Shown piece by piece: positions 39,000-52,000 of a stretch of DNA of 64,000 nucleotides. Made by a program: the position numbers and the translations under genes. Origin of the DNA: Raillietiella orientalis (taxonomy: Eukaryota); contig JAYWIR010000005.1 in NCBI GenBank assembly GCA_036172245.1, positions 4,216,001 through 4,280,000 on the forward strand, given 5' to 3'. The first letter of the stretch is position 1. Every line of letters begins with the position of its first letter. The notes beneath the pieces were generated by a model. It was not told the origin of the DNA and made no database searches. It worked only from the letters and a program-made list of their open reading frames with translations.

Positions 39000-41900
39000 C
39001 CCGGAGTGGGAAAGATGAATGCCAAAAGTCGATAAGAAACCACTGAGAGAGACTTCCGGAGTGTTCACAGTGGAAGTGAGATCGAGGCTGCCATCGAGTT
39101 GTGGCAGCCCGCAGATTTTGCATCTTGTGATCGTGTCGAATCTGCAGCCTTGATCATGCCCATGGAAGCTATGCCCCCCTCAGGCTCTGATGGGGCTACA
39201 TACGCTGCTGTGGAAGATCACGAGCTCCAAGCACGAGGGCGTGCAGTTCGGCTTCGCGTGTGACTGACAGCAGCAACTCTTGGAGCCCGCGTTGGCGGCC
39301 GCGTGGCTGCAGCCTCTGCGCGTGGCACCCAGCATGGCGGGGTCAAACCTCCACGTTGTGGATCGATGCCAGAGAAATGGGTGCGTTGCCGGTTTCGAGT
39401 CCCTTCCGCAAGATGACGCTGGTTGGACTACAGGCTTCGGATGCGACACTGGTGAAAGCTGCAAACTGGCTGGGATTGGGAGCCACAAAGCAGCTCCCAA
39501 TTCCGGCCGGTGACGGAGGCATCCATCGACTGGCCGGGATCGGGAGTTCACCCTCTGGGGTCCTTCCAGGAATCAGAATCAAGGACTCGGTTCCCTTCGG
39601 GGACGCCCTCCAAATGTGCAAATGGAGCCATCCCTTTCCCCCCTCTTGGGGGGGACTCTCCATCTCATACTATGGACTGATGGATTGATGATACCTCTCC
39701 AGTGTGCAAGAAGCGTGCTGCTCCCTTCGGGAAGCGACCCTTCAGAGAAGTAGGGAAGCATCCCTTCGGGGTTATCTTCAGAGGAGTAAGGGGGAGCAGT
39801 TCCCTTGAGATTTCCTTCCGGAGAAGAAATTCTAGGAGCGGATCCTTTCCAGGAGGTCCCTCCGGAGAGAATAAGGAAGAGGAGGTTTCCTTCAGAGACA
39901 ACGAAGGCGAGGGTTTCCTTCGGGGGCTCCTTCCCAAGCGTGAGACTAACGGATTCCTTCCTCCAGAGCCCTTCCTGGATTCATAGGGTGGGCCATTCAC
40001 GGAGTACCCCGTAACATGAAGGGTTACTACACGTACCCTTGGGTGGCGTGGAGCAGTGTCAAAGAGCTTCGTGAGCCACCGGGTGAACGACGATTCTTGA
40101 GGTACTCAGCAAACCAAAAAAAGGAAAATCGAAAGAAAAAAAAAATCTGTTAGGGAAGCAGTGAAAACAAGAAAGAGCCCAAAAGAATTTCCATCATCTT
40201 TTTACATCATCTAGCACTCGATTTCGGGTAATCATCTCCTGATCTTCGTTTCATCGGAGAGAGCCACCATTTGGCTTCCTATGGTTACGCCTTCAGTGTT
40301 GCAGCACCGGGTGAAACCAGCCCAAACCTGCACTACGGACATAGTCATGCATGCCTGTTTGAAAATCACCAGCAGACTCGATGATATTATAAAGACGTGT
40401 AGAGGAGCCAAGACGACCTCATCTTTACGTCATGATCGAAGCTCAAAGTAAATCCATCATCAGCCACCGAATTTTCGTGGTCAGCTCTGAGGGTCCTTTC
40501 TGCTGGGGAAAGAAACAAGATGTGCTGTAATTTCGGTTTGGGTGGAGCTTTTCGACACAGTTCGAAATGTCAGCTCCGGTTCCATAGGTGCTTCGAGAGG
40601 TGTCTCTCGTTCATTCTCTCCTACTGTTGGTGAGCGGGAAGGACGAGCCAGAACCCGTTTCCTCCCATTTCCATTGAGAATGCGCTCCGTTCCCCAAGTG
40701 GAAAATTACGACGCAGTAGAATGCAAAACAAGGAGCATGGCATACAGGATGGCACGGATAAACTGATAAATGGCAAGACTCGTTGGCAATAAAAGTGACG
40801 GATCTCCCACGCCAGCTGGACTGAAAACGCGAAGAATCTCAAGTACGGTTTCCAGCAACAGGTCGAGTGCCTGCAAGATGCAGAAGAGAATTCCAGAGTC
40901 TCACGCAACGCCTACTGAGAGAGAGGACGGAAACGAAAAGAGCGAGGAACGAATTCGTCTTCGAGTGGAGCTGATGCAAGCGGAGATCCGAGGACGGGTG
41001 AAGGGATTTCAGGACGGTCAGTGAGCCGAGTCATCCGGCGGAAGAAAATCGCACCCTAGAGCTACCCCTTTTCTAAAGTCGAGAGTCAACGAGCGTACAA
41101 TCCCTCAGCCCTACCATGGAACCCACTCTCATCGGTCCCCTGCCGATTTTTCCAACTTAACTGCCAGGCCATTTGCACTTTACGCGCCAGCCTCCTGAAG
41201 ACCGGAATTCCATCGATGACTGACAGCTCCCGACTTCTCGGAACGAGCCTCGCCCCCTTCGCGCCTCCGGTCTCTGCTGGGTTCTCACAATAAGAGTCCA
41301 TCTCACTTTTCTTGTCGGTGCGCTGGGACGCTGCCGGCAACAAGGCACCGAACGAAGTGAGGCACGGCGATCCCGTTGGTTGGAGCAACGCCCTGATCGT
41401 GTCAAGGCCTCATCCTGCGCCGGGTTGCTTCCAACCACTCTCTTACTGACTAGGGAGGATCCTCGGGACCAGAAATTCCGTGCTGGTCACACGCCATTGT
41501 CTGATGCCCATCCAACCGCCAGCCAGGAAGCGGACGGGGAATCGATCGACCTTTCCAGAAATGGGATGAAACTCCGCACCGTCTTCAATCATTGGGTACG
41601 ATGCTTTTAGCTGTACAGCAGGAGGCATGCTGCCTTAATGAGTCACAGTGAGGTGGTGACACACGGACGCTGGGCAACCAGGGGACACCCGACGCGGAGT
41701 CATCTCTGCGACCCAATCTCATTCTGGAAAAAGAGAACCGCGCCTCGAAGCACACAAGGAGCGCTCCAGAAAGCTCTCTATGAAAGTGAAGCAAAATATA
41801 GGAACCACGCACTTTCCTTTCACGATTCCTTTCGTTCCATTGCCGAGAATCAATCGTCGCCAGGTCATTGGGATCCTGGAATCCCAAGAAAGGTTATCTG

Positions 41901-42200
41901 TAAGAGTTGGCATGTCCTAGATCGCACGGAGTTCGTAAACAGAGCTGGTTCAGCTATGTTCACGAACCAGCTAGTGAAAGGAAAGATTGCATGGAATCAA
42001 TGAGATTAGGATCTTTATATTCTTTACCATCTTCTTGTCCTATTCGTGTGAAGTATGACCGCATCCATGGGTCTAATAGGTATCGCGACTTTATTGGATG
42101 TTAGGGGTAACCATAAGGAGCCTCATTTTGTCAAAATATTCTCTCTATTTTGGGAACCTCAGTGCCCGAGGCAGACAGTTATCAGGGCTCTGAATGCTTA
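39000..42200 (+). mobile_element. Large decayed L1/Tx1-like element (ORF1-like region followed by ORF2 remnants)
   Basis: 39260-39690 reads KMTLVGLQASDATLVKAANWLG..GIHRLAG..VLPGIRIKDSV (Tx1 ORF1/ZCCHC3-like pattern) and is homologous to 16200-16970. Downstream, in order: PKWKI (WKLN-like), RIRLRVE (IRSRV-like), GNKAP (NKAPGPDG), TTLLLTRE, FNHWVRCF*LY. Confidence 0.55.
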
Positions 42201-42999
42201 CTGAACATCCACAGCAGACTTGAAGGTAGCGTGGCCTTTGTACTTGGTCTCCAGTAAGAAGATGGTGTTGTCGGGCACCCAACGAAGCAGGGACGTCTAC
42301 TCGATACGCTCAGGCTAGGAATCCTCCGAAAGACAGCAAACGAATCTACAAAACCGAGTAGCCAGAAGAAGAATACTAACTAAAATCCACAACGCCGAAA
42401 GTCAGGCAAGCAAGCTCGATCCATGAGCAACAACCTGCAGTGTCGAGGAGGAGGTCGGCACTTCAAATCTCCACTCTTGAACTCCCGTAGCTTGCCAGTC
42501 TTCGCCTAAGAAGAAGCGGGGTAAGGTAAAGGAAATGGTGGAAATTGCAGGAAGCTCCTTTGCATTTCTTCCTGCAATCCCGAAATAACAAGATGCGAGT
42601 GTCACACCAGGCAGCAAGGAGCTAGGGCTCGCGAGGAATCTCTGGCTCATAGATCTGTAAGAATCATGTTCCTCCGCATCTTTCGGCATAGATTTTGATC
42701 ATCCACAAGAAGCGTTTCACTCTGCTTCCTCCAACGTCACTTTGAGTGTGAACGCTTCACGTGAGGTTGCTAATAAGGATCCTCAGAAATATGACGTATG
42801 AGACCTTGCGCCGAAATGGGTTTGGCACTGTGCAAGCATGCTGCGACTCTGGAGAAGAGGAAGTAACGGGACGAAGACACTCAAATCGAAGAGACTGCAG
42901 TAAATTTCGACATCCTCCGTTTCAATGGATGTCTAACAAGAACAGCAATAATCTGTTCGCATCGTAGTCCACCAATGAATCTTCAGGCGCATCGTTGTA

Positions 43000-43900
43000 A
43001 TGAGATTTGTTGGAAGGGCAGTGGAGAATCTCCTGGTGAGGAACCCCATAAGTATGTTCTTACATCAGTTTTGGACCATTTCCACTCAAATAGCTTTGTG
43101 AACTGAAGATTAATTCTTGCTTCAGAATAGCCTGGTTCAGTAGCCAGTAGATCGATCCGGATTGCTGTGAAGGAATAAGGACGGCCTGAAATACACTTCA
43201 ATCTCTATTTTGCATTATTGTCTCAGTCATCTAAAATAAAGGAAATTTTTCTATTTTAGATTTTAGGAGTCCTAAAGTGAAGTGTGCCCAAATCCAAGAA
43301 CCACCTTCCATTCATCCTCTGTGGACATTTTTTACATTGCAATTTTTAGCAAGATTGCTTAAGGCTTTCCTTTCCTTTCGGAGTGGTGACTACTAAACTT
43401 TTGACACCAAGAGACCGGGACATTAGAAAGGGTGCCAGAGGCAGCTTGAAAAAAAAAAAAATTCTCTCCGTAGAAACTTTTCTCCAATACGTACATTTTT
43501 TGAGCATCATCTCCTCCACACGAATCAGCACGATATATAAATTCCTAGAATTCCGCCCATCTGGAGGTGCCACTTTAACTCCTTCTCTGTGAGAATTCAT
43601 TTCTTTAGATTCAGGTCTAACTCTTGCTTCGGCAGTTGAACTCAATAGAATTTGCGCGGTTTGCGTCAACAAGCTGGGAATCCGATTTCGGAACACAAGG
43701 AGAGCAGGTTTCGTGCACGTGTTTCCCCACCGCTGGATTCTAAAATTTCTTTCTTGCTCCCAAGTTCTCTCCATCGGATTGTTCCTTCGTTCTAAGTGAC
43801 GGATTATCCCTTCCTTCGCTCTACGTTGAGCTCGTGAGTCCGAGTTCGTGGTTGCTATAGCGCACCCATTTTCGAGTCTCAGCATCTGATCGTGTTCCAT
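43000..43900 (-). mobile_element. Decayed L1-clade apurinic-endonuclease region
   Basis: - strand LLVFRNRIP...DGRN..LYIVLI...ERIFFF followed by SGSIYWLLNQAIL (cf. G.GYWKLN.SLL, which follows the L1/Tx1 endonuclease). Confidence 0.5.
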
Positions 43901-44379
43901 CTGTTGGAGGATTGAGAGGACGAGGTTCCAAAAGCAGAGCCAACAGCTACACTTCTAAGATTCAAGAGCTCTGGAATCTTCCTAGGTTTTGCTATTTCTT
44001 AGAATGTCTCTGCTACGGAGGAACGAGAGGCGATGAGTGTCCGAAGAGACAAAAGGCTTCAGTCCTTACCTGTGCTGGCGCCAGAAATTCAGGTTGGTAT
44101 CAATCAAGCTGCACACCTGCCGTGTAAGTCCTTCCAGAACATGAGACTTTCGGCAAGCTTTTCGCCTTAAAAACTCCCGTTTCCCTCAGCGACGCGATGG
44201 ATTCTTCACTTCAAACACTTCTTTTCTGGCAATTCGCATCTCCTTAAGCTGATTCCTTGCCTGTGCTTTTTTAATCTTTTAATTTCTCACGCACATTCGT
44301 CATGAAATCGGCTACGGCATTTCCCGGCAACCAAGGGACGAAGTGATGACGCTGCTGACTCCGAAATTATGCTTCGCTA

Positions 44380-44750
44380 TCCTCCCTATTGGATTCTTCC
44401 TTCTATTCCAGTCTTTTTTTTGGCATGCCACTGTCTTGTCTTGTCCGATGGAAGGCCTGCAAGAAAAGTTGCCTGGGTAGCACCAATGCACTGTGCCGGT
44501 GCTTTCGCTCCTTCAGCTACCTCTTCAGGAAAGGGAGCTCGGAGTCGACAGAGTGACTCCTTGGAGGAGCAGCAGCTAAATCGCAATGCTCCGTGACGGG
44601 GACGAGTGTTCACTGACGTGTACCAAGACTCAAGGGGAACCAGAATCCTGGAACGCCACTCCCTACAACCCGAGCTGAATGGCACTGATGAACGCGTTAG
44701 GCAATGGAGGAGCTCTTCCTCGGCTCCATCAACAGCTTCTCCTCTTCGGA
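44380..44750 (+). mobile_element. Decayed L1-clade thumb-region fragment
   Basis: GRPARKVAW followed (frameshift) by LQERELGV (cf. W.G...KVAW and P..EGGLGV). Confidence 0.35.
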
Positions 44751-44884
44751 ATGTTTCAGTATAGCGGCGACTTCTTCCTTTTTTTTTTCTTGGCCTCAGT
44801 CGAAAGGTGACGGGAGTTCGTAGCGGCGATGGAACGGACGGGCTAAATCCACTCAGTGTTGCAGCTACTGTGTGAATGATGAAG

Positions 44885-45385
44885 ACATCGTCATGTGTGG
44901 GAATGTGTGCGTGCACAGGCCCCATGAGCACAGAAACGAGCACGCCCGCATGATGCGTGATGCACTCGCATAAGCCCAAAACCACACCTGCCTAATGAAG
45001 GGCACAACAAGAGCCGTGTCCATAAATCTATGTGATCACGTGTAGGCAATCTACGTATATGCGTTTGTATTCCTACGGTGGCACGTAACACAAAAGTGTA
45101 GACACACATTGATACAAGCACTAACGCATGGCATGCATGTCCGAGAGGATACATCCACTGAACGTGTATCTAATCAAGTATACGCACATCAGGTGTACAT
45201 ACAAGTCCACGAAAAATGTGCAAAATGTACACATAAACATCGGGTATGCGCATACAGATTCACACACATACTCCCACAAACGTACTGTTCTTCATGTTTG
45301 TGCACTTGAATTATGCAGACCGAAAGTGAGTGTACAAACATTCGTGAGCTGAGGGTGAGGTGCGTGACAACTGTGTGCATGACGA
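44885..45385. repeat. Degenerate alternating purine-pyrimidine (CA/TG/TA-rich) tract
   Basis: Dense cacac/tgtgc/gtac/atgcatg words with no exact unit; the His/Cys/Val-rich ORFs here are its artefact. Confidence 0.5.
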
Positions 45386-46029
45386 GGACCGGTTGCTCAA
45401 ATGGTAAGACTCTGAGGCCGCCATTGGGAGAAAGGAGCTTCCTTGAATTGCGAAAGAGATTTCCTCTCAGCATGAGGGAAGTCACTCGACACGTGGAGGG
45501 ACATCCCTCTCTGTGGCGCGAAATTTTCGAGGAAACTCCAGGAGTGGGAAGCTACGAGACGTCCCGCATCTAAAGCTTCGTGCAGGGTATTCGTCAGCGC
45601 TCCTACTAGGAGTGGAAACCGACGAAAAGTGGGCAGGAAGAATCCTAAACAAAGGGGAGGGAGGGACTGTATTATCTTTCGGGTCAAAAGATTCTGGAGT
45701 TTCCGCCCCACTAGCTATACTTTTTGGTGGGAATATACATGTATTGGGAATATACATATATTCTCACCAAAACCAAATGTACATATATTCCCACCAAAAA
45801 CTGCATAATAAAGAAATGCACACACACATATATATTTCCTTTTTTCCTGTCTCTACGAAAGAAGACAAGCGCAACTGCTGTGGCATCGAGATGAGCGATT
45901 TAGATTGCATACAGCATTCGTTTTTATCTTTTTTGGTTCCATATTAGTCTCAGCTTAGCTAGAGTATCCACGGCGACCTTAACGATCAGCATGAATTCAA
46001 AGAGTAATTTTGACAAAGCGTCTGTCAAA

Positions 46030-46086
46030 ACAAAAAAAAAAAGAAAAAAAGGGAAGGAAGGGAAGGAAGGAGGGAAGGAAAGAAAG
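46030..46086 (+). repeat. A-rich / (GGAA)n purine microsatellite
   Basis: aaaaaaaaaaagaaaaaaagggaaggaagggaaggaaggagggaaggaaagaaaga read directly. Confidence 0.85.
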
Positions 46087-46089
46087 ACA

Positions 46090-48300
46090 AACAGTAGAAA
46101 CATTATTTCTTGGAGGCACCGTTGATAGCTGGGAAAGATTGACGCGTGTCTGTACTCAAGTCGTCTGCACAAACGAAGGGAATCTATGCACAAGTTGGCT
46201 TAGTCTTATCTGGTTGGCGCTCTCGGAGCTCAGTACTGCCTCCGGAGGGTGTTCCCGGAAGCTGATATTTCAGTATTCAGGGTTCTCCCTTTCAGTGCCG
46301 CCTGAATATCGGGAACTGGTTATTCTCCCTGATCGGTTACTGGGGTGCGCTTTCGAGCTCTCCAGAGAGGGACCTTTCGGACATCTCTTCCGGGGCTTAT
46401 TCTGAGCACCCTTCCGGTTAACTGAGAGAAATGGGGAGTTTCCAGCTCAGATGAGAAGGTTGGATGAAACGACCACATGGTGTCTGCGTCTCGACTACCT
46501 ACGAGTCTCCCATGCTGACGGTCCAAGACAGAGACCACTCGGAGCGAAATCGTGGCCAACTGGAGAGACGGAAAGCATCGGGTCACCCAAGAAAGATAGG
46601 AGGGAGTTGATACACCGCAGGGTGCATGCGTGCTTAGTACCTGAGCTGCTGGCGGAGATGGTAAAATCTCGCATTTGGTACAGTTGCAAGTATGCAAGTT
46701 TGCGAAGCTCCTCATGGCCAGAAGAAGATCGAAAGTGGCCGCCTATGGACAGGAGCGACTCAGGGAGAACTTAAACATGGTTAAGAAGATTAAAGAAATG
46801 ACACAGAAAAAATGATCTCTGCACAACCAGAACCGAGTCTCGACCGGTGCTCCAGAGCAGCCATAGAGTTATCGTACTTGACGTTTCTTGCCCTTCAGGG
46901 AGTTCGGAGACAGCTCTGTAAGGAGCAAGGGAAGGAAGGAGAATAAGCATAGGGAACTTCCTGCGCTTTTTTCGTCCAGAGGAGCACTGGAGACGGTGGT
47001 AACATCCTGAGAAGTATGGTATCTCAGGAAAGACGAAGCGATGAAAAAATTCGAGGTCTGTTGCGAGCAAAGGGAAAGACGGCATCTTCAATATCGAGCC
47101 AGGTTTCCTTGGATGTTGGACGCACCGTTTTGGTCACCAGACAGAGTGGACACTGCCCACAAAGATAAGGAAACCGTCCTTCTGGGCTGGGTACGCGGAT
47201 CATGAAGACATTGGAAAAATCCCTTCCAGTGCTTGATCTTGTACCCAACTGAGAGAGATGGAGAGGTCAAGCAGGATAGATGGCGGGATCCATGTCCACA
47301 AGGACTGCGTCAGCAAAGTTCACACATCATGGTGCAGGGAGAGAAAGAGAATGGAAGAGAAGCCTCCCAGTGTTGATCATTCGATCCTTCTACTCTGGAC
47401 AGAAGTGGTCCAGCGGAAATTTCCAGCAAAAAAACCTTATCCGCGATGTCAAGTGACGGTCAGAAAGTGCTCTCGAGAGGCGGAGGCGGGACAGCAACCC
47501 AAAGGTTGCGCCCACGGTGCAGAGCAGCCGAATTTCAGAGAAGACGCATAAATCAGCACTGCGAAGAGAGGCGCGGGAAGAAAGAGCATAGATGGAAAGG
47601 TCGGGGCACCATCGGCAGCGGTTCTTGAACTCAAAATAACACAAACACGTTCTCGAGGAAGCCCCAAGTTCGTGAGTTAGCAGGAAACTGTGAGGTCACC
47701 GCCATTATTTCTAAAAACTCTCTTCGTCCCCCCTCCCCTATTGGAGAAAAAGGGAGACAGAAGGTCGCGCGGTCCACATCCGCCAGTGCAGTTCATCGCA
47801 GATACAAGGAAGAGGTGCCATTTTACTGCTCCGTTCACTGGTAGGATGACTATGAAGCTGCGATCCTCATATCGCTCCAGTCGACTAGCTCACTTCACAG
47901 AAAATGAAATAAAGAATAAAAAAAACGAGAAATAAGCCAAGGTAAATGGCTTCCAGCAGAAGGAGGGGGACATTTTAAAGGGCTTTTTTAAAGGAGAGAG
48001 AACTTCAGAGAAGATCCGCTGAAAGAGAAGTTAAGAGGAAGGGAAGTAAATCTTTGTGATGGGGAACCGGAGAAGTTCGGGCCACCACCGAGAGTTTGCG
48101 TCAGGGATGAAAGAAAGGTTAAGTGGTGCCTTTCCTTTCAAGAGGTTCGAACGAGTTCTCCGCAACTCCAGTCCGGAACTAAGGGAGTGAACTCGCCGTT
48201 CCTGGCTTAGGGAAGTGAAGCTGTTTCCCGTGGGAACGGATGCAAGTATCATAACGCAGCCGAACACGGACACGTGCTACTCCCTATCATTGTGCTAGGA
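46090..48300 (+). mobile_element. Cluster of probable decayed L1-clade RT fragments
   Basis: Weak RT-like segments (WLSLI, EMVKSRIWY, HFTENEIK..KVNGF); no intact ORF, boundaries approximate. Confidence 0.3.
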
Positions 48301-48499
48301 TTCATCATCCCTCTGTTTTTTCTTCTCCTCCTTGCCTGTGAATTTCGGAATTCGGAAGAACAGTGGATTGCAATGGAGGTGGGAACAAGTTGCGTCTTCC
48401 AGGTGTGCGCCTTGAAGACGAGGAATAGGTAGAGACCACAAAAGGGGGAAAGGAAGAAAATCAAGGTTAGAGAAGTGAAGTAAACAAAAAGAAAATACA

Positions 48500-49350
48500 A
48501 GCAAAGATCCTTGCAGAATCCCTCTCTTTTGAGGGTGCAGAAGTGTTTCTTGATTCCCCATTCCGGAACATGGAAAGTGGGAACATTCGTGCATCTGTGG
48601 ACAGGTGATCAGATAGGGTAAGGACAATCTTTGGTTCCCAACGCTACCACTCTACAAACACGTTGCATAGAGAAGGAAGAACCTCACGTATTCCTTTGGC
48701 TGGCGGCAGGGGAGGCTTTCAGAATTCCGAGAGCATAAACGATGGCAGTCTGCGTGAGAGGGAATTCTGCGCACCTCACACACGCGTGGAACTTCCTTTC
48801 AGAGCTGCCCAATATCAGCGCCTCTGAGAGGTGCAGTTGAGAAGCCACACAGAGTAATTTCGTGTCGTCATTTATGCTACCGCGGAGGCCACCGAAACTC
48901 CTATGGATTAAAAGATAAAGAGCATCAGCTACCAATCCTTCGTGGTGAGTAAACAAGAGGGCTCTGGGTAAAAGCGAGATTTGTCACGGACTATTTCGTG
49001 AAGTGAAAGCTGACCTGGGGCTGCCAATCTTCGCTTCTCGAAGGACTTATCTGTCTTGAGGAGTGCGTCCTTCGTCGGGAAGAAACCTTGCTGCCACGAG
49101 AACGATGCCGTTCTGCGTTTCTATGCGGAGGTTGTTTGCAGCATCAGGAGCAGCCTGCAGCCCCAGGATGAGACCTGATGTGTGTGTTGAACGAATTTTT
49201 CCCTCACATTTTCAATGAGAGCAGCAGAGAGACGGAGGGCGGTGACGGTCAGAGTGGGGTTGCGAGAAGCCGCCATGAGGCGTTGCTGATTGCGCCACCA
49301 TAGACAAGGCGTGGTTCACCTGTCAACGAGCGAGGTCTTCAGAGTCCGCT
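48500..49350 (-). mobile_element. Decayed L1-clade reverse transcriptase remnant
   Basis: - strand order GLILGLQAAPD, KIGSPRSAF..P*QISLLP..LF...EGL (cf. GVRQG.PLSP.LF), INDDTKLL (cf. YADD), YALGI (cf. YLGI), LLHPQKRGIL (cf. L..PK..GGLG). Confidence 0.5.
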
Positions 49351-50250
49351 CCTGACACTCCCAGTGGCCCCACTTTTCACCGCTGCGGACGAGGGAGGGA
49401 GAGGAATTGAGAGAATAGCCCTTAGTGAAGGAAGGAAGAGGGAGACGGAAAGTCTGCAGGCAACAAAGATCGGGGTGATGATAGCATCAAATGCTGCGGG
49501 AATCGTCAGAAGAAAACCGAAGCAGTGGGTTCCATCAAGTCCGAGTGACAAGATCAGTGGGACGATCAGGATCCTATCCGAGTCCGCAAGCACTCTCTTA
49601 GATTTATGGAATGCGGGGGTGGTTCGCGAGGGTGGTTCTCAGTTGAATGTCTTAATAGGAGGGTAGCACTTCATTTGGGAAAGATCGGTGAAGAGGGGTG
49701 GTTTCCAGTTCCTCGAGGGAAAATCCATGAAGACTGCGCACTCCACGCACACGAAAAAAAAAGACATTCAAATGCTTATCGCTCCCCCCCCTCTTCTTCG
49801 GCCAATCAGGTTTTTTGGTTCCGGTTACCACACCTCTGCAATCCCTGTTGAGTCTCCTTCCTCATGGATCACTTGCCGCTGGTCTTTGATTCCTCCATAG
49901 CTGTCCTCCTCCTCTTCAGTTCAAGTTCCTTGCCATCATCTTATACCGTAACGAATCTTCCACCTCTTCGCCAGTTAACACTCTTGATTGCATCCGTTCT
50001 TTTGGATGTTACGGTTGCACACACACACACCCTTCACACTCAGTGACCACAGATTCACTGAGTATTGTTAGCAGTCATCATCTTCACATACGAGGAATTC
50101 TTGCATCTATGCAAGTCGATGTGCATGTAAAGCAGCCTATCGTCCCTGTGTTGATATCTAGATAATGTAACAATTTTCTGCGCAGTAAATACAGCAAGGT
50201 TTCCGAGGTGATGAAAATGCTTATCCGATGGGAAAACACGAGCTGCACGG

Positions 50251-50900
50251 ATTCTCACCGAGTCACGCCTGGGTGTTTATTTAATAACAATAAACGGGCA
50301 AATTAGGGAAAAAACTGCTCCCGAAACAACATAAGCATCATTAAGAAACAAAAGAAGTTCATTTGTAGGGCCCACCTACACGCAGGTGGAGATTTCTAAA
50401 AGAATGGTATGGGAAGAAGGAAACAATAACTAAATAAATGAAAGGCATCACCGATGATGACCGTTTCTTTTTTTCTAAAACCGATGCTGGATGTCAGAGA
50501 CTCCTTAACTTCTTCCAGGTGAGGCCACCTGGCAGCCATCCTCATGTAGACGGTTGCCATACAGGTGACCTCCCTTCGCTGCGTCCGAAACTTCAACAAA
50601 CGGTGGGCTGTGACGATGGCGCGGGTGCAGCATGTCGTCGCAATAACGACGCTTGTCGTGACTCCAACTCTCGTGAGGAATGGCCTCAGAAAGTCCTCGG
50701 CAGTGTCGCCAGTATGCGGGAGTGCCGAAGCCAGCCTCTGCCAGAGTTCCTGGAGGGCGCTAACAGTAGGTGCGGAAACGATTCAATCGTCCCGCACCTC
50801 GAACAGTTTGGGAAAGCAAGTTCCCCGGAAACCAGCACTTACGCAGGTTGTGCTGGAGATCCCAGTGCAGAAACAGCAGGATGTCCTGTAACAGCTGCAC
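50251..50900 (-). mobile_element. L1/Tx1-like element 3' end (copy C)
   Basis: - strand PNCSRCGTIESFPHLLL(fs)ALQELWQRLASAL...IATTCCTRAIVTAHR...ARWPHLEEVKE, closely matching copy B. Family 3' motif at 50251-50281. Confidence 0.8.
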
Positions 50901-51349
50901 AGATGGAATAGAACAGAGCAAATAAACGAAGTCAGTGGATGCTTAGCAAGCTCGCAGATGAGGATCCAAAAGCGTCTTCAGAATTACCCGGAGTGTTGAG
51001 GAAGGAACTGAGGAAGGAAGGCGAGCAACGATCCCACAAAACAGAGACCAAAGAAGGTCACGGAGATGTCAGGGGTATGCAAGAAAGTCGAAAGAAGTGC
51101 AACAGTACGAAACAGGGAAGAGATGCTTGCGATGAGACAGCACTTGATGCCCTCCGTGAAGTTTATCTCAAATCCCCTAGATAGCGTCGCGGTTGTCAGC
51201 ATCCATCTCAACTTTCGTCTCCTGATGGAATGAACTTGGGAGTCGGGTGGAAGGTAAGATGTGATAGGAATTTACTGCTTACGTCACTTGCCGTATTCTT
51301 GCGAGCTGCTCTTCTCGTTAAATCTCTGGAACCCAGCCTCTCAATGTGT

Positions 51350-52000
51350 TTCTAGATGATTCTATGATTTTTCAAGAATTAAGCATTTCTCGAGAATTGA
51401 AATTCCAGAATCATTTTCTTGCAGATTACGTGTTTCGGCTTCTCATGCCTCTGGATGGAACTCCGCTCTTTCGAAATGCTCCGCAGAATGAGCGGGGCGG
51501 ATACAAATCGAAGCCTTCAGTTGAGGATGCCGGGATTCAACTGTCGGATCCCACCGAAAGCATTTGGAAACACTCCGAGTTCACTTTTCCTTTTGCTTTA
51601 TGCAGCTTCCTGGGGTTTCGGGAGAAGTCTCACTTTGGTCTATTGGAGTTGGCTTTGAGGGAACCTGAGATAGAGAGGATCTCTTCACCTCCTCGTGTCC
51701 TTGAAGATGGCAGAGAGGAGCATACTCAAACACACGAATGCTCTGAATGCTTGCACAAACCTCGGATTTTCGAAGCCAAATCTCATCTCTTGCAGAAGAA
51801 CCCATCACTCTGAAGATTGGAACACGTGACATTGTCTTCTGCCGTCACCATCCTCTCTCATCTGTGGTGGAAAGATGCCTGTGTGTTCTACTCCAGAATA
51901 TGGGCATTCTGAAGACTTTGGTTCTTCGCTGTGCTTTGGCTGCGCGTAGGCGCTTTTTTTTTTTTTATACTGAATCTTGTCTGCCAATGACCAGTGACCA
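51350..52000 (-). mobile_element. Decayed L1-clade endonuclease region
   Basis: - strand IRVFEYAP (cf. NVYAP), CIRPAHSAEH (cf. SDH) and FWNFNSREML (cf. YWKFN.SLL), in endonuclease order. Confidence 0.5.
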
